From a virus (Duplodnaviria > Caudoviricetes), in IMG/VR virus record IMGVR_UViG_3300032295_001260, positions 1 to 32,508 of that record: a stretch of 32,508 bases of DNA; one strand, written 5' to 3'. The translations under genes and the position numbers were made by a program. The notes beneath the pieces are model-generated. The model worked only from the letters and a program-made list of their open reading frames with translations, had not been told where the DNA came from and did no database searches. Shown here piece after piece: positions 10,501 to 18,221 of the stretch. Every line of letters begins with the position of its first letter. Within the stretch, counting starts at the first letter, position 1.

Positions 10501-10723
10501 AGTTGCCGCAAGTACAGGTGTTATATTGCCAACAGCAGAAGCAGGTCTACGTGTTATTGTTAGAAACGGTGGAGCAAACGCATTGAACGTTTATCCAAAC
10601 ACATCTGACTCTATCAATGCAGCCTCAGCGAACGTTGCATATTCATTATTAGTTGGTGGTTGTGTAGAATTTATTGCTATGAATGCTACAAACTGGTATA
10701 CATTAAACGCTACATACGCTTAA
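1571..10723 (+). CDS. Giant (3050 aa) Gly-X-Ser collagen-like fibre protein with interspersed globular modules; putative virion fibre
   Basis: Uninterrupted 9.15-kb ORF with SD and late promoter. N-terminal phage structural motifs ([29 protein letters not shown]). Seven blocks with Gly at every third residue, an internal C1q-like domain, and a C-terminal beta-rich domain ([26 protein letters not shown]). Confidence 0.85.
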   Translation: MAAEPFNSLGGFSTGIPANTVIDANGNVVTNVMVPTGNVVANTISANSLTLSGNINLGDANNVTILGGQNGYFLQTDGTGNLTWAATGNGGGSNATPAGSNTQVQFNDAGSFGADAGFTYNKNTNTLTAEFVVASANITANIVSANYLYGDGSNITGITGLSGTSGYSGRSGWSGFSGTSGTSGQQGTSGFSGTTGISGFSGRSGFSGTTGLSGISGHSGKSGFSGSGISGWSGISGFSGQLGLSGVSGVSGFSGSGISGFTGISGISGYSGTSGTSGISGFTGTSGTSGVSGFSGTSGISGFSGTSGISGFSGTSGISGFSGTSGISGFSGTSGISGFSGTSGTSGWSGTSGWSGTTGISGYSGATGLSGYSGTSGVSGSGVSGFSGTSGFSGTTGISGFSGRGINIAGSVANYTFLPNGAPAGTLYIVQNAGGGYSAGDGAVSNGDNTWTNIGTLQGPSGVSGFSGSGVSGFSGISGVSGISGFSGTSGISGLSGTSGIIGTTGVSGFSGDSGISGFSGNSGISGFSGATGVSGFTGTSGVSGTTGYSGTSGFSGTSGISGTSGISGTSGTTGVSGWSGISGQSGTSGFSGTSGWSGVSGASGTSGISGTSGISGFSGTSGFSGTTGISGFSGTSGTSGVSGESGISGFSGSGVSGFSGESGISGFSGSGVSGFSGTSGFSGTSGTSGISGTSGISGFSGTSGESGFSGTSGFSGTSGTSGISGYSGISGTSGISGTSGAGGISSTIFEYFADTGATSGDPGNGDILWNNATQTSATQINVSHLTNDGIDIDIYLALLTQTEVITLQDKANSANFQRWEINGTPTSVANLYWTVPVTLLSSGGTGTTGFSNGAEIILALVQGVSGASGVSGASGVSGTSGFSGASGTTGISGWSGASGTTGVSGTSGTSGISGFSGTTGISGFSGTSGISGISGFSGTSGTSGISGASGTTGVSGWSGASGTSGESGFSGTSGESGFSGTSGISGTTGISGFSGTSGTSGISGTTGISGVSGWSGTTGVSGTSGTSGTSGWSGISGTSGVSGYTGVSGISGESGISGTSGISGTSGFSGVSGTSGTSGTSGTSGESGASGISGYTGTSGISGYSGKSINIAGSVFDYSYLPNGTPAGTLYIIQNTGGGYNAGDGAVSNGDNTWTNIGPLQGPSGYSGVSGASGISGFSGESGISGFSGASGASGTTGVSGFSGTSGISGTSGISGESGISGYSGESGISGFSGESGISGFSGASGASGISGESGISGFTGISGYSGISGTSGISGYTGISGISGTTGISGYSGTTGVSGWSGTSGDSGYSGTIGISGWSGISGQSGTSGTSGISGISGYTGVSGWSGVSGTSGTSGASGTSGWSGTSGISGTSGTSGESGFSGTSGTSGVSGFSGASGASGASGASGISGWSGISGTSGTSGESGYSGTSGTSGVSGASGASGTSGTSGYTGVSGWSGISGTSGTSGASGTSGWSGQSGTTGISGISGTSGISGTSGLSGYSGEPGDHYATTSSTSLTISTGTKTLVVDTGLAYTVGQDIVLAFNSTNTMNGPILSYNKNTGDLSVNIIETAGSGTYTSWAINLDGAIGPQGFSGASGTTGVSGFSGTSGISGTSGISGTSGVSGWSGTTGVSGTSGVSGTSGWSGISGISGTSGFSGLSGESGISGWSGTSGTSGASGWSGASGTSGWSGTSGISGTSGVSGFSGTSGTSGISGFSGTSGTSGTSGTSGVSGYTGVSGWTGVSGTSGTSGASGTSGWSGTSGISGTSGTSGTSGTSGTSGWSGQSGTSGTSGATGVSGWSGQSGTSGTSGWSGASGISGASGTSGTSGVSGFSGTSGTSGTSGISGFSGTSGISGTTGVSGFSGTTGVSGFSGTSGWSGFSGTSGYSGQDGGMLTPSTYLAVGKLAGDQTITTNADIIIDFVDDVDPKGWWNASTKRFTPNVAGYYSVSIFVLFGAGAVTNNQYNTQIRINGNQVAIFQNQITTSIGLSQGGTKTVYLNGTTDYVDFTAFNGNSGSVVLSSGNATTFSINLLAYGESGTSGFSGFSGISGTTGVSGFSGTSGTSGTSGTSGWSGTSGTSGWSGTSGTSGVSGFSGTTGISGFSGTSGTTGRSGFSGTTGISGFSGTSGFSGTSGTSGFSGTSGTSGVSGFSGTTGVSGFSGTSGTSGTTGVSGFSGTSGASGASGISGVSGNAGISSTIFEYFADTGATSGDPGNGDILWNNATQISATQLNISDKTNDGIDIDIYLALLTQTEVITLQDKANHTNFQRWEISGTPTSVSTYWTFPVTLLASGGNGTTNFTNGTELILALVQGVSGVSGTSGRSGWSGTSGISGTSGISGTTGISGFSGTSGTSGISGTTGVSGFSGTSGISGTTGVSGWSGASGTTGVSGWSGASGTTGVSGTSGISGFSGTSGTTGVSGWSGASGTTGISGFSGTTGVSGFSGTTGISGTTGVSGFSGTTGVSGFSGRSGWSGVSGWSGTSGISGYSGTSGISGFSGTSGTSGISGTTGISGYSGTTGVSGWSGTTGVSGTSGVSGTSGVSGWTGTSGTTGVSGFSGTSGVSGWSGTTGVSGTSGTSGVSGWSGASGTTGVSGWSGTSGISGTTGISGFSGTSGTTGVSGFSGASGTTGVSGWSGASGTTGISGTSGWSGASGTTGISGFSGTSGTSGVSGFSGTSGISGTSGWSGASGATGVSGFSGTSGISGTTGISGTTGVSGFSGTSGTSGVSGWSGTTGISGTTGVSGFSGTTGISGTTGVSGFSGTSGTTGVSGFSGTSGTSGVSGFSGRSGFSGTSGFSGTSGTSGWSGTTGVSGWSGTTGVSGTSGTSGTSGWSGVSGISGTTGVSGFSGATGVSGRSGFSGVSGWSGTSGTSGQAGPSTAINATQDTSTTALYPVMVGATGSNQTPKATTTKFAFNASTGTLTLGTGTGGNITGANVISASYFDFGTTDAITAAGSTQGTATVIVTAINNVTTVAASTGVILPTAEAGLRVIVRNGGANALNVYPNTSDSINAASANVAYSLLVGGCVEFIAMNATNWYTLNATYA
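2451..2601 (+). repeat. Near-exact 27-bp tandem repeat (about 5.5 copies), encoding SGTSGISGF
   Basis: Unit TTAGTGGTACATCAGGTATCAGTGGAT repeated with only a few synonymous changes. Confidence 0.85.
2782..2950 (+). repeat. Fibre module A, copy 1 (about 56 aa; copy 2 at about 4891-5061)
   Basis: [46 protein letters not shown] occurs twice, sharing the exact DNA GGTGCAGTAAGTAATGGTGATAATACATGGACTAA. Confidence 0.9.
3800..4160 (+). repeat. Fibre module B, copy 1 (about 120 aa; copy 2 at about 8160-8516)
   Basis: [32 protein letters not shown]...[31 protein letters not shown]...LALVQG occurs twice, sharing the exact DNA GGTATCTCATCAACTATCTTTGAATACTTTGCAGA. Confidence 0.9.
4891..5061 (+). repeat. 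Fibre module A, copy 2
   Basis: Near-identical to 2782-2950. Confidence 0.9.
7255..7680 (+). other. C1q/TNF-like beta-sandwich domain inside the fibre
   Basis: Pattern DQTI....[32 protein letters not shown]...[12 protein letters not shown]...TFSINLL resembles the gC1q fold (F-T-x-x-x-x-G-x-Y, then L...D.V). Recognised by eye. Confidence 0.7.
8160..8516 (+). repeat. Fibre module B, copy 2
   Basis: Near-identical to 3800-4160. Confidence 0.9.
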
Positions 10724-10724
10724 A

Positions 10725-10773
10725 ATTTAGGACTCTTTCTGCTCAGTCATATATAGTAGAAAGGGTCCTAAAT
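10725..10773 (+). promoter_or_regulatory. 19-bp hairpin that occludes the RBS and start codon of the first glycosyltransferase; late-promoter-like CATATATA in the loop
   Basis: ATTTAGGACTCTTTCTGCT (10725-10743) pairs with AGTAGAAAGGGTCCTAAAT (10755-10773) using two G-U pairs. The right arm includes AAAGGG and the AT of ATG 10772. Confidence 0.75.
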
Positions 10774-11524
10774 GAAATATAGCATCGTTATTCCTACCTA
10801 CAACAATTGTGATAAGTTCTTAAAACCGTGCCTAGAAGCACTTTTCAAATACTCGCACCTCAGTGACATAGAATTGGTTATCAGTGCAAACGGCTGTACT
10901 GATAATACTTTTGAATTTTTGGGCAAACTTAAAGATAGTTTTGACTATCTAGGACTGTCCGATAACTTAAAAATAGTTTGGAACAAAGATGCGCTTGGAT
11001 ACGCAAGAGCAACTAATGCAGGCATTAGAGTATCAACATGTGATAAACTCGTAATGCTAAACAATGATGCTATTCTCCTCGGTCAACACAGAGGTGATTG
11101 GTTACGATTGTTAAACAGTGCATTTGAAGAAAACCCTAAATGCGGTATCTCTTGCTCATTAAAGAAACACTCCCCTATTACTAAGATGGACTTTGGTGTC
11201 TTTTTCTGTGTAATGTTTCCTAGAGAAGTATTGAACAAAGTAGGATACTTAGATGAGCGTTATGAAAAAGGTGGCAACGAAGATATTGACTTCTGTGCGG
11301 CTGCACAACTTTTAGGATATGAGGTTGTTCAGCCTGTTCCATTAACATGGAGCGAAGAAGCTCAGATACATGTAGGTACATTCCCGTTATGGCATCAAGG
11401 TGAAGGTACAGTTCATAATCCCGAACTAGTAAGTGATTGGGAACGTACATTTAGAATCAATGAGTTAAAACTAGCTCAAAAATATAACATGGCTTGGTAT
11501 GAAGCCTATAAACATACAGTATAA
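10772..11524 (+). CDS. Glycosyltransferase family 2 (GT-A)
   Basis: SIVIPTYN start, LGYARATNAG, LNND (DxD-like), GYLDERY..GGNEDIDF. Confidence 0.9.
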   Translation: MKYSIVIPTYNNCDKFLKPCLEALFKYSHLSDIELVISANGCTDNTFEFLGKLKDSFDYLGLSDNLKIVWNKDALGYARATNAGIRVSTCDKLVMLNNDAILLGQHRGDWLRLLNSAFEENPKCGISCSLKKHSPITKMDFGVFFCVMFPREVLNKVGYLDERYEKGGNEDIDFCAAAQLLGYEVVQPVPLTWSEEAQIHVGTFPLWHQGEGTVHNPELVSDWERTFRINELKLAQKYNMAWYEAYKHTV

Positions 11525-11533
11525 AGGCAACAA

Positions 11534-13546
11534 ATGAAATACAGCGTAGTAATACCTACATACAATCATTGTGATGATTTACTAAAACCATGCGTGGAAT
11601 CAATCTTCAAATACACAGACGTAACTGATATTGAACTTATCATAAGTGCTAATGGATGCAAAGATAACACATTCACTTATCTTGCTTCTCTTAAAGAAAA
11701 ATATGATCTATTAGGATTAAGTGACAATCTAAAAATAGTTTGGAACGCAGACGCACTTGGTTACTCACGTGCATGTAATGCAGGCATTAAAGTTGCAACA
11801 ACTGACTTGATTGTATTGTTGAATAACGACACTGTATTGTTACCTCAAGAAAAGAATCGTTGGGTCAAACAATTAGAGTCTGTGTTTATAGGTAATGATA
11901 AAGCCGGTATCAGTTGTTTGATTAAAAGCGAATCAGAACCTGCAGGACATGACTTTGCTATTTTCTTCTGCGTTATGATTCATCGTAGAGTGTTTAATAA
12001 GATTGGTTTACTAAGTCTAGATTACGGCGCAGGTGGAGGTGAAGATACTGAATTCTCTATTGAATGCGAACGTGCAGGATTTGAAGTAATAGAATGTGTT
12101 ACAAAATCATGGAACGCAGAAGTAGGTATGTATTGCGGCGACTTCCCTATCTATCATTTAGGTGAGGGCACTGTACATGACAAAGAACTTGTTCCTGAAT
12201 GGGAAGATATCTTCTTAACTAATTCATTAACACTAGCTAGGAAGTATAACCCACATTGGTACCAATGGCGTCTAAGTAATTATTGGGAACGTGCTGTGTT
12301 CTTTAAAGGAGATGAGATTGCTCCTAGAGAGATTACACGATACTCATGGGCGGCACAAAACATTCTAGGTACTAACGTATTTGAGTTAGGTTGTTCTAGT
12401 GGATATGGGCTACAGTTCTTACCTGAAAATATTGAATACACCGGTCTAGATTACGATAAGCGTATCATCCCTGTAGCACGTGACCAAAAATGGCGTGAAA
12501 AAGCTACATTCGTTCATGGTGATATCAACACATATGAATTAGGTCAGTACGACACTATCATTGCATTTGAAGTTATTGAACATTTGGATAATGGATTAGA
12601 GATTGTAGAAAAGTTAAAGAAACATTGCAATCGATTAATGATTACTGTTCCTATGTTAGAAACACCAGGCTTATGGGGCCCGCATCACAAGATACATAAC
12701 TTAGATGAATCGTTCTTTCCGGGATTTAAGTTTAAGTTTATTGCACCCGATGGCAGTTTACGTGACGAACCACACAACAGGGGTGATAAAGAAAACATCA
12801 ACTTGATGTTATGCGTTTGGGATAAGGATAATACAGTGACTCAATCACAAACTAAATCAATAGAAGAATCATTGCGTTTCTTAACTGAACAAGATCCTGC
12901 AATGTACAGAGAAGTTATTGAAGCCAATCAGTATCATTTAACTGCTGAAAAAGTAAAAGATAGAATTGTTATTGACATTGGCGCAAACATTGGCGCATTC
13001 TCATTGTACGCAGCCTCATTAGGTGCAAAGAAAGTTATCTCTGTAGAACCTATTAGTGCATCTTATAACACATTCTTAAAGAACATTCATAGATTAGGTT
13101 TGACAAATATAACTACCTATAAGAAGATTGTTGCAGAGAAAGGTAATCAGTTCTTGCCTGTTAGTTTGAACTCTAATGCCGGCGCCAATAGTATGTATAA
13201 CGTTTCTGATAACTATGAAGTTGTTGAGACAATTACATTCTCTGAGATTATGGATCAAATTGCTGGTCATGATATTCTATTAAAGTTAGACTGCGAAGGC
13301 GGAGAGTATGATGTAATATTGAATGCATCAGCACACGACTTTGTTAGAATCAATGAAATCATGATGGAGATACATACTGATTTGCACCCTAAACATAAGG
13401 GTAAAGAAATAATAGAACAAATTCTAGCTAAGAACGGCTACAATAGATTAGACTCTGTGCAAATTTACTTTTGGGATTGGGATCATAATGGTCAACCAAT
13501 CAACTATCGTGAAGCACCTTTTGTAAATCAACATTGGAAAAAATGA
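11534..13546 (+). CDS. Three-domain fusion: GT2 glycosyltransferase + class I SAM methyltransferase + FkbM-family methyltransferase
   Basis: N-terminal SVVIPTYN/LNND/EDTEF. Middle VFELGCSSGYG...FEVIEHL. C-terminal VIDIGANIGAFS...LLKLDCEGGEY. Confidence 0.9.
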   Translation: MKYSVVIPTYNHCDDLLKPCVESIFKYTDVTDIELIISANGCKDNTFTYLASLKEKYDLLGLSDNLKIVWNADALGYSRACNAGIKVATTDLIVLLNNDTVLLPQEKNRWVKQLESVFIGNDKAGISCLIKSESEPAGHDFAIFFCVMIHRRVFNKIGLLSLDYGAGGGEDTEFSIECERAGFEVIECVTKSWNAEVGMYCGDFPIYHLGEGTVHDKELVPEWEDIFLTNSLTLARKYNPHWYQWRLSNYWERAVFFKGDEIAPREITRYSWAAQNILGTNVFELGCSSGYGLQFLPENIEYTGLDYDKRIIPVARDQKWREKATFVHGDINTYELGQYDTIIAFEVIEHLDNGLEIVEKLKKHCNRLMITVPMLETPGLWGPHHKIHNLDESFFPGFKFKFIAPDGSLRDEPHNRGDKENINLMLCVWDKDNTVTQSQTKSIEESLRFLTEQDPAMYREVIEANQYHLTAEKVKDRIVIDIGANIGAFSLYAASLGAKKVISVEPISASYNTFLKNIHRLGLTNITTYKKIVAEKGNQFLPVSLNSNAGANSMYNVSDNYEVVETITFSEIMDQIAGHDILLKLDCEGGEYDVILNASAHDFVRINEIMMEIHTDLHPKHKGKEIIEQILAKNGYNRLDSVQIYFWDWDHNGQPINYREAPFVNQHWKK

Positions 13547-14523
13547 ACAAAGAAATATTATGCTCAATCTCTACTAAAGGGAGATATGATACAACACTAC
13601 CAATGGCAATTTCGTCTGTTATAACACAGACAAAACGCCCTGACTATATCATCATTCAAGATGATAACGATGAACCAAAAGATGTTCGTGAAATTCAACA
13701 CTATAACTATCTAATGCAAATGTTAAGCGAATGCGGAATTGCATGGGAATGGTTATATGCTGAAAAGAAAGGTCAACATCACAATCATCAACGTGCTAAT
13801 ACTAGAGGATTTAAGTGGGTTTGGCGCTTAGACGATGATACTATTGCTGAATCTAACGTGTTAGAGACACTATATAGACACGCAACCGCAGAAGAAAATG
13901 TGGGTGCAGTTGGTGGTTCTGTGTTAACTCCGCCTAGCATGGGTGAAGTTAACGCTACCGGTAAGATTGAAAACATATACAATGAACCTAATTTACAATG
14001 GGGTCGAATCAATCAAAAGAAAGAAGTCGATCATTTGCATTGTTCATTCTTATACAGAGCAGGTGTAGCTGATTATTGCTTGTCGTTGTCACGCATTGCA
14101 CACAGGGAAGAAACACTGTTTACATATGAGTTGATTAAGAGAGGCTACAAGAACTACGTTGTACCTGATGCTATCACTTGGCACTTAAAGAATAAAGTAG
14201 GTGGTATACGTGATGGCGTTCATGCAATGTTTGAACATGATGAACGTATATTTCAAAACATCATGAACTTTAAAGACCAAACAATCGTTGTTTTAGATTG
14301 TGGTATGGGTGACCATATTGTCTTTAAGAAAGTTTTACCGTACATTAAAAACCCAGTTATATTCAGTTGCTATCCTGAAATCATACCAGGCCGTAGCATT
14401 GCCGAAGCACAAGCATTGTTTGGTGATATACACGAATACAACGTCTATGCCCATATGGATCGTTGGAATTGGACAGGCTCACTTGAAGATGCTTTCAAAA
14501 AGTTCTATAATGTGTCTGTATGA
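13543..14523 (+). CDS. GT2-like glycosyltransferase fused to an N-terminal-half-like segment of a GT9 (heptosyltransferase-type) enzyme
   Basis: WVWRLDDD, VGAVGG, HREET (GT-A). C-terminal VVLDCGMGDHIVFKKVLP resembles the GT9 G(L/I)GD motif. ATG 13543 overlaps the upstream TGA (ATGA), so it is preferred over the TTG at 13534. Confidence 0.8.
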   Translation: MNKEILCSISTKGRYDTTLPMAISSVITQTKRPDYIIIQDDNDEPKDVREIQHYNYLMQMLSECGIAWEWLYAEKKGQHHNHQRANTRGFKWVWRLDDDTIAESNVLETLYRHATAEENVGAVGGSVLTPPSMGEVNATGKIENIYNEPNLQWGRINQKKEVDHLHCSFLYRAGVADYCLSLSRIAHREETLFTYELIKRGYKNYVVPDAITWHLKNKVGGIRDGVHAMFEHDERIFQNIMNFKDQTIVVLDCGMGDHIVFKKVLPYIKNPVIFSCYPEIIPGRSIAEAQALFGDIHEYNVYAHMDRWNWTGSLEDAFKKFYNVSV

Positions 14524-15011
14524 TTAAATTAAATTTAGGTAGCGGCGGAGACTATATTGATGGGTTTGTTAACATAGACCTATATGCCGAACGTGCGGAT
14601 GAAAGATACGACATTGCTAAGTTGCCCTATATGGATAACTCAGTAGATGAAATCAGAGCATATCATGTAATTGAACACTTTGATTACCTACATGCACATG
14701 ATGTACTGAAAGAATGGCATCGAGTATTAAAGCCAGGCGCTAAGATAAAGATTGAGACTCCTGACTTTTTAGAATCATGTAAAGAATTCATCAAAGCCGA
14801 TCAAGATGGTAGATGGAATCTCTATGGTCATTTCTTCTCAACTGGTTGGATTAATCCAGGACTGATTCACAAATTTCTTTACACTGAGTATGAATTACAA
14901 AAGACTATGACATGGGCCGGCTTTCAAAACTTAGTTAGATGCGAACCAAACTCTAGTTATGTGACACCTAATACAAAACATATATTTTTAAATATTGAAG
15001 CAACAAAATGA
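14520..15011 (+). CDS. Class I SAM-dependent methyltransferase (Methyltransf_11-like)
   Basis: KLNLGSG, FVNIDL, LPYMDNSVDEI..YHVIEHF, EWHRVLKPG, ETPD. ATGA overlaps at both ends. Confidence 0.9.
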   Translation: MIKLNLGSGGDYIDGFVNIDLYAERADERYDIAKLPYMDNSVDEIRAYHVIEHFDYLHAHDVLKEWHRVLKPGAKIKIETPDFLESCKEFIKADQDGRWNLYGHFFSTGWINPGLIHKFLYTEYELQKTMTWAGFQNLVRCEPNSSYVTPNTKHIFLNIEATK

Positions 15012-15460
15012 TTATAATTTCACCCTATTCTAAGTTTATGCGTAATGGTGCTAAACACCCTAAGAATTATCCCTTTTGGGAAGAAGTACTTAAACACGTT
15101 AAAGAACCAGTCATTCAGGTTGGCGTTGAAGGCGAGACACAGTTAGTACCTGATTTTAGAAAAAATCTTTCATTAACTGAATTAGCAACTCTTGTTAATG
15201 AAGCTAAGACTTGGATGAGTTGCGATAGCTTCTTCCAACATTTTTGCTGGGACTTAGGTAAACCAGGCGTAGTGTTATTCGGACAATCTGACCCTAACAT
15301 CTTTGGACATATAGAAAACATCAATCTGTTGAAAGACAGAAAGTATCTGAGAGAGAAACAATTTTGGATTTGGGAACAAGCAGAATATAATGAAGATGCT
15401 TTCGTTGGTCCATATATGGTGGTTCAAGCCCTTAAGGTGTTTGGTGTTGAAACAAAATAA
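15008..15460 (+). CDS. C-terminal Rossmann half of a GT9 / ADP-heptose heptosyltransferase-like glycosyltransferase
   Basis: IIISP....KNYP.W, LSLTELATLVNEA..WMSCDSFFQH...LGKPGVVLFG match the GT9 C-domain pattern (K.WP...L.EL.ALI..A..F(I/V)G.DSG..H.A.A.G.P.V.LFG). Confidence 0.8.
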   Translation: MIIISPYSKFMRNGAKHPKNYPFWEEVLKHVKEPVIQVGVEGETQLVPDFRKNLSLTELATLVNEAKTWMSCDSFFQHFCWDLGKPGVVLFGQSDPNIFGHIENINLLKDRKYLREKQFWIWEQAEYNEDAFVGPYMVVQALKVFGVETK

Positions 15461-15906
15461 TGGAAAATTTATTTCAGACTGAGTATGATACCATTTTTAA
15501 GAATTGGTATAAGTTGAGAATGTCCCTAGAGGACAAAGACATAAAAACACAATGCATAGAAGTAGACAAATGGTGGCAACTAGCACCTCAAGTTAGTCAC
15601 TATCTACATAGTGATTTTGTGCATGAATGGCCTAACCCATGGGAACTCATATCCGAAAATCATTATTGTAATATAGCACGTGGTTTGGGTATGTTTTATA
15701 CACTATATCTGTTGGGTATACAAGACATTGCTTTTGTTGAAGCAAAAGACTATAATAACGAAGATGTGGCTCTTATACTAGTAGAGGACGCAAAATATAT
15801 ACTTAATTACTGGCCCGATACGGTAGTAAATAACAATCTACAAGATTTTACCATAGTCAAGCATATTGACCCCCTGCCAATAATTAAAAAAATAGGTTTA
15901 AAATGA
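15460..15906 (+). CDS. Hypothetical phage protein with a transglutaminase-like/BTLCP (LapG, C93)-like motif
   Basis: WPNPWELISENHYCNIARGLGMFYTLYLLGI resembles the BTLCP core W.TP.E.....GDCED.A..KY..L..LG. The start overlaps the upstream stop (TAATG). Confidence 0.5.
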   Translation: MENLFQTEYDTIFKNWYKLRMSLEDKDIKTQCIEVDKWWQLAPQVSHYLHSDFVHEWPNPWELISENHYCNIARGLGMFYTLYLLGIQDIAFVEAKDYNNEDVALILVEDAKYILNYWPDTVVNNNLQDFTIVKHIDPLPIIKKIGLK

Positions 15907-18221
15907 AAATACACGTAATAAAAAGATCCGGACAAAAAGAACTACTCACACTCGAAAAATGGCAAGCGCAAATAGCGAAGATATGCACTGGTATAGCTGA
16001 TGTAAGTCAGTCAATGATTGAAATTAAAGCACAGCCTCACTTTTATGATGGTATCTCTACTAGGGAAATCGATGAAATAACGCTTAGGGCTATTGTCGAT
16101 CTTATTGATGTAGAATCTAATCCAGATGTTGGACATACTAACTACCAATATGTAGCGGGCAAGCAACGCTTGTCAATGTTACGTAAAGACGTATACGGAG
16201 AGTATGAACCTCCCCGTCTTTACGAAATTGTTAAAACTAATGTAGAGACAGGTTTGTATACCAATGAATTATTAGAATGGTATACAGAAGAAGATTGGAA
16301 CAAGATGGACGACATGCTTGACCATTCTAAGGATGAAAGTTATAGCTATGCTGCCATCGAACAGCTAATCGAAAAATATCTTGTAAAAAACCGTTCAACA
16401 AAGCAAACATATGAAACACCTCAAGTTAGATACATGGTTGCGGCAGCAACTGTCTTCCATAAAGAAGAACCGAACTCAGCGAGAATGCGCTACATCAAAG
16501 AATACTACACCGCAGCCAGTGATGGTTTGTTCACTCTTGCTACTCCTGTTCTCGCTGGTCTCGGGACTCCTACTAAACAATTTAGTAGTTGTGTACTTAT
16601 CCGTAGTGACGATGATCTGGACAGCATATTTGCTAGTGGAGAAATGATGGCAAAGTATGCTAGCAAACGTGCTGGCATTGGTTTAGAGATTGGACGACTA
16701 CGTCCATTAGGCTCCCCTATTAGGGGCGGCGAAATTATGCACACTGGTATGATTCCATTCTTAAAGAAGTGGTTTGGCGATCTACGCAGTTGCAGTCAAG
16801 GAGGCATTCGTAATGCAAGTGCTACAGTATTTTATCCCATTTGGCATCATCAGTTTGATGATCTTATTGTCCTTAAGAACAATCAAGGAACAGAAGAAAC
16901 CCGAGTCCGTCATATGGATTATGGGGTTGTGCTTAGTAGTTTCTTCTGGAGACGATTCAAAAACAAAGAAAACATAACATTCTTTGACCCCAATGAAGTA
17001 CCAGATTTGTACGAAGCATTTTATAAAGACACTAAACTTTTTGAGGAGTTGTACATTAAGTATGAAAAACAAAAAGGTCTACGTAAGAAAACAATGGCTG
17101 CTGAAGAAGTATTTAAAGGCGGCATTTTAAAAGAACGTACAGACACTGGGCGTATCTATCTAGTATTCATCGATAACGTTATGAATCAGGGCCCGTTTGA
17201 TCCTGAATATCATACAATTTACCAGAGTAACCTTTGCTGTGAAATCCTATTACCTACTAAGTCTTTTAAACGTCTTGATGATCCCGATGGTCGTATCGCT
17301 TTATGTACACTTGGTAGCATCAACTGGGGAGCTTTCCGCAACCCAGAAGATATGCGTAGGGCTTGCCGTATCCTTCACCGCAGTCTTAACAATATTCTCG
17401 ATTATCAAGATTTCTTGAGTATTCAAAGTAAGTTAAGCAACGATGAAATTCGCCCATTAGGTATTGGTATTACTAACTTAGCGTACTGGCATGCCAAGCG
17501 TAGCTTCAAGTATGGCGAGAAAGATGCACTACAAGAAGTTAAATCTTGGATGGAACATCAAGCATATTATCTAACAGAAGCAACAGTTGAATTGGCACAA
17601 GAACGTGGTCGCTGTAAAGATAGTGACAAAACTCTGTATGGTCGTGGAATATTCCCTTGGGAGCGTAGAGCAAATGGTGTTAATGAATTAGCAAACTTTA
17701 CCCCAGAGTTGAACTGGGAAGGCCTACGTGCCATGATGCGTTCATGTGGCGTCCGTAATGCTACACAAATGGCTGTTGCTCCTGTAGAATCTAGTAGCGT
17801 AGTCATTAACTCTACTAACGGTATTGAAATGCCAATGAGTTTGATTAGTGTGAAAGAAAGCAAAGCAGGATCGTTTGTGCAAGTTGTACCTGAATATCAT
17901 AAGTTAAAAAACAAGTATCAGATGATGTGGGATCAAAAAGATTGCGATGCGTATCTAAAGACAGCCGCTGTCATTCAAGCATATGTTGACCAATCGATTA
18001 GCACAAACACATTTTATAATCCAGCGCATTTCCCGGGTCGCAAAGTGCCAACAACTTTGATTGCTAAAAATTTAATGCAGTCTCAATTATGGGGCATCAA
18101 GACATTCTATTATAGCTTGATTAACAAAGCAGGTAGTAAACAACAAGAAGAGGCAACCGAAGGTCCGTTGGAAGTTATTGACTTTGATGACCAAGAAGAT
18201 TGCGAGGCTTGTAAGTTATGA
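15903..18221 (+). CDS. nrdA: Class Ia ribonucleotide reductase alpha subunit with ATP cone
   Basis: VIKRSG ATP-cone start, TPVLAG..TPTKQFSSC, SNLCCEI, LCTLGSIN, APVESSS, DQSISTN, KTFYY and C-terminal CEAC. Confidence 0.97.
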   Translation: MKIHVIKRSGQKELLTLEKWQAQIAKICTGIADVSQSMIEIKAQPHFYDGISTREIDEITLRAIVDLIDVESNPDVGHTNYQYVAGKQRLSMLRKDVYGEYEPPRLYEIVKTNVETGLYTNELLEWYTEEDWNKMDDMLDHSKDESYSYAAIEQLIEKYLVKNRSTKQTYETPQVRYMVAAATVFHKEEPNSARMRYIKEYYTAASDGLFTLATPVLAGLGTPTKQFSSCVLIRSDDDLDSIFASGEMMAKYASKRAGIGLEIGRLRPLGSPIRGGEIMHTGMIPFLKKWFGDLRSCSQGGIRNASATVFYPIWHHQFDDLIVLKNNQGTEETRVRHMDYGVVLSSFFWRRFKNKENITFFDPNEVPDLYEAFYKDTKLFEELYIKYEKQKGLRKKTMAAEEVFKGGILKERTDTGRIYLVFIDNVMNQGPFDPEYHTIYQSNLCCEILLPTKSFKRLDDPDGRIALCTLGSINWGAFRNPEDMRRACRILHRSLNNILDYQDFLSIQSKLSNDEIRPLGIGITNLAYWHAKRSFKYGEKDALQEVKSWMEHQAYYLTEATVELAQERGRCKDSDKTLYGRGIFPWERRANGVNELANFTPELNWEGLRAMMRSCGVRNATQMAVAPVESSSVVINSTNGIEMPMSLISVKESKAGSFVQVVPEYHKLKNKYQMMWDQKDCDAYLKTAAVIQAYVDQSISTNTFYNPAHFPGRKVPTTLIAKNLMQSQLWGIKTFYYSLINKAGSKQQEEATEGPLEVIDFDDQEDCEACKL

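Noticed and set aside
1571-10723. Ice nucleation protein (InaZ-like)
   Set aside because: It lacks the AGYGSTxT 8/16/48-residue periodicity; the period here is 3 (and 9). Ice binding through a PGII bundle is kept only as an alternative hypothesis.
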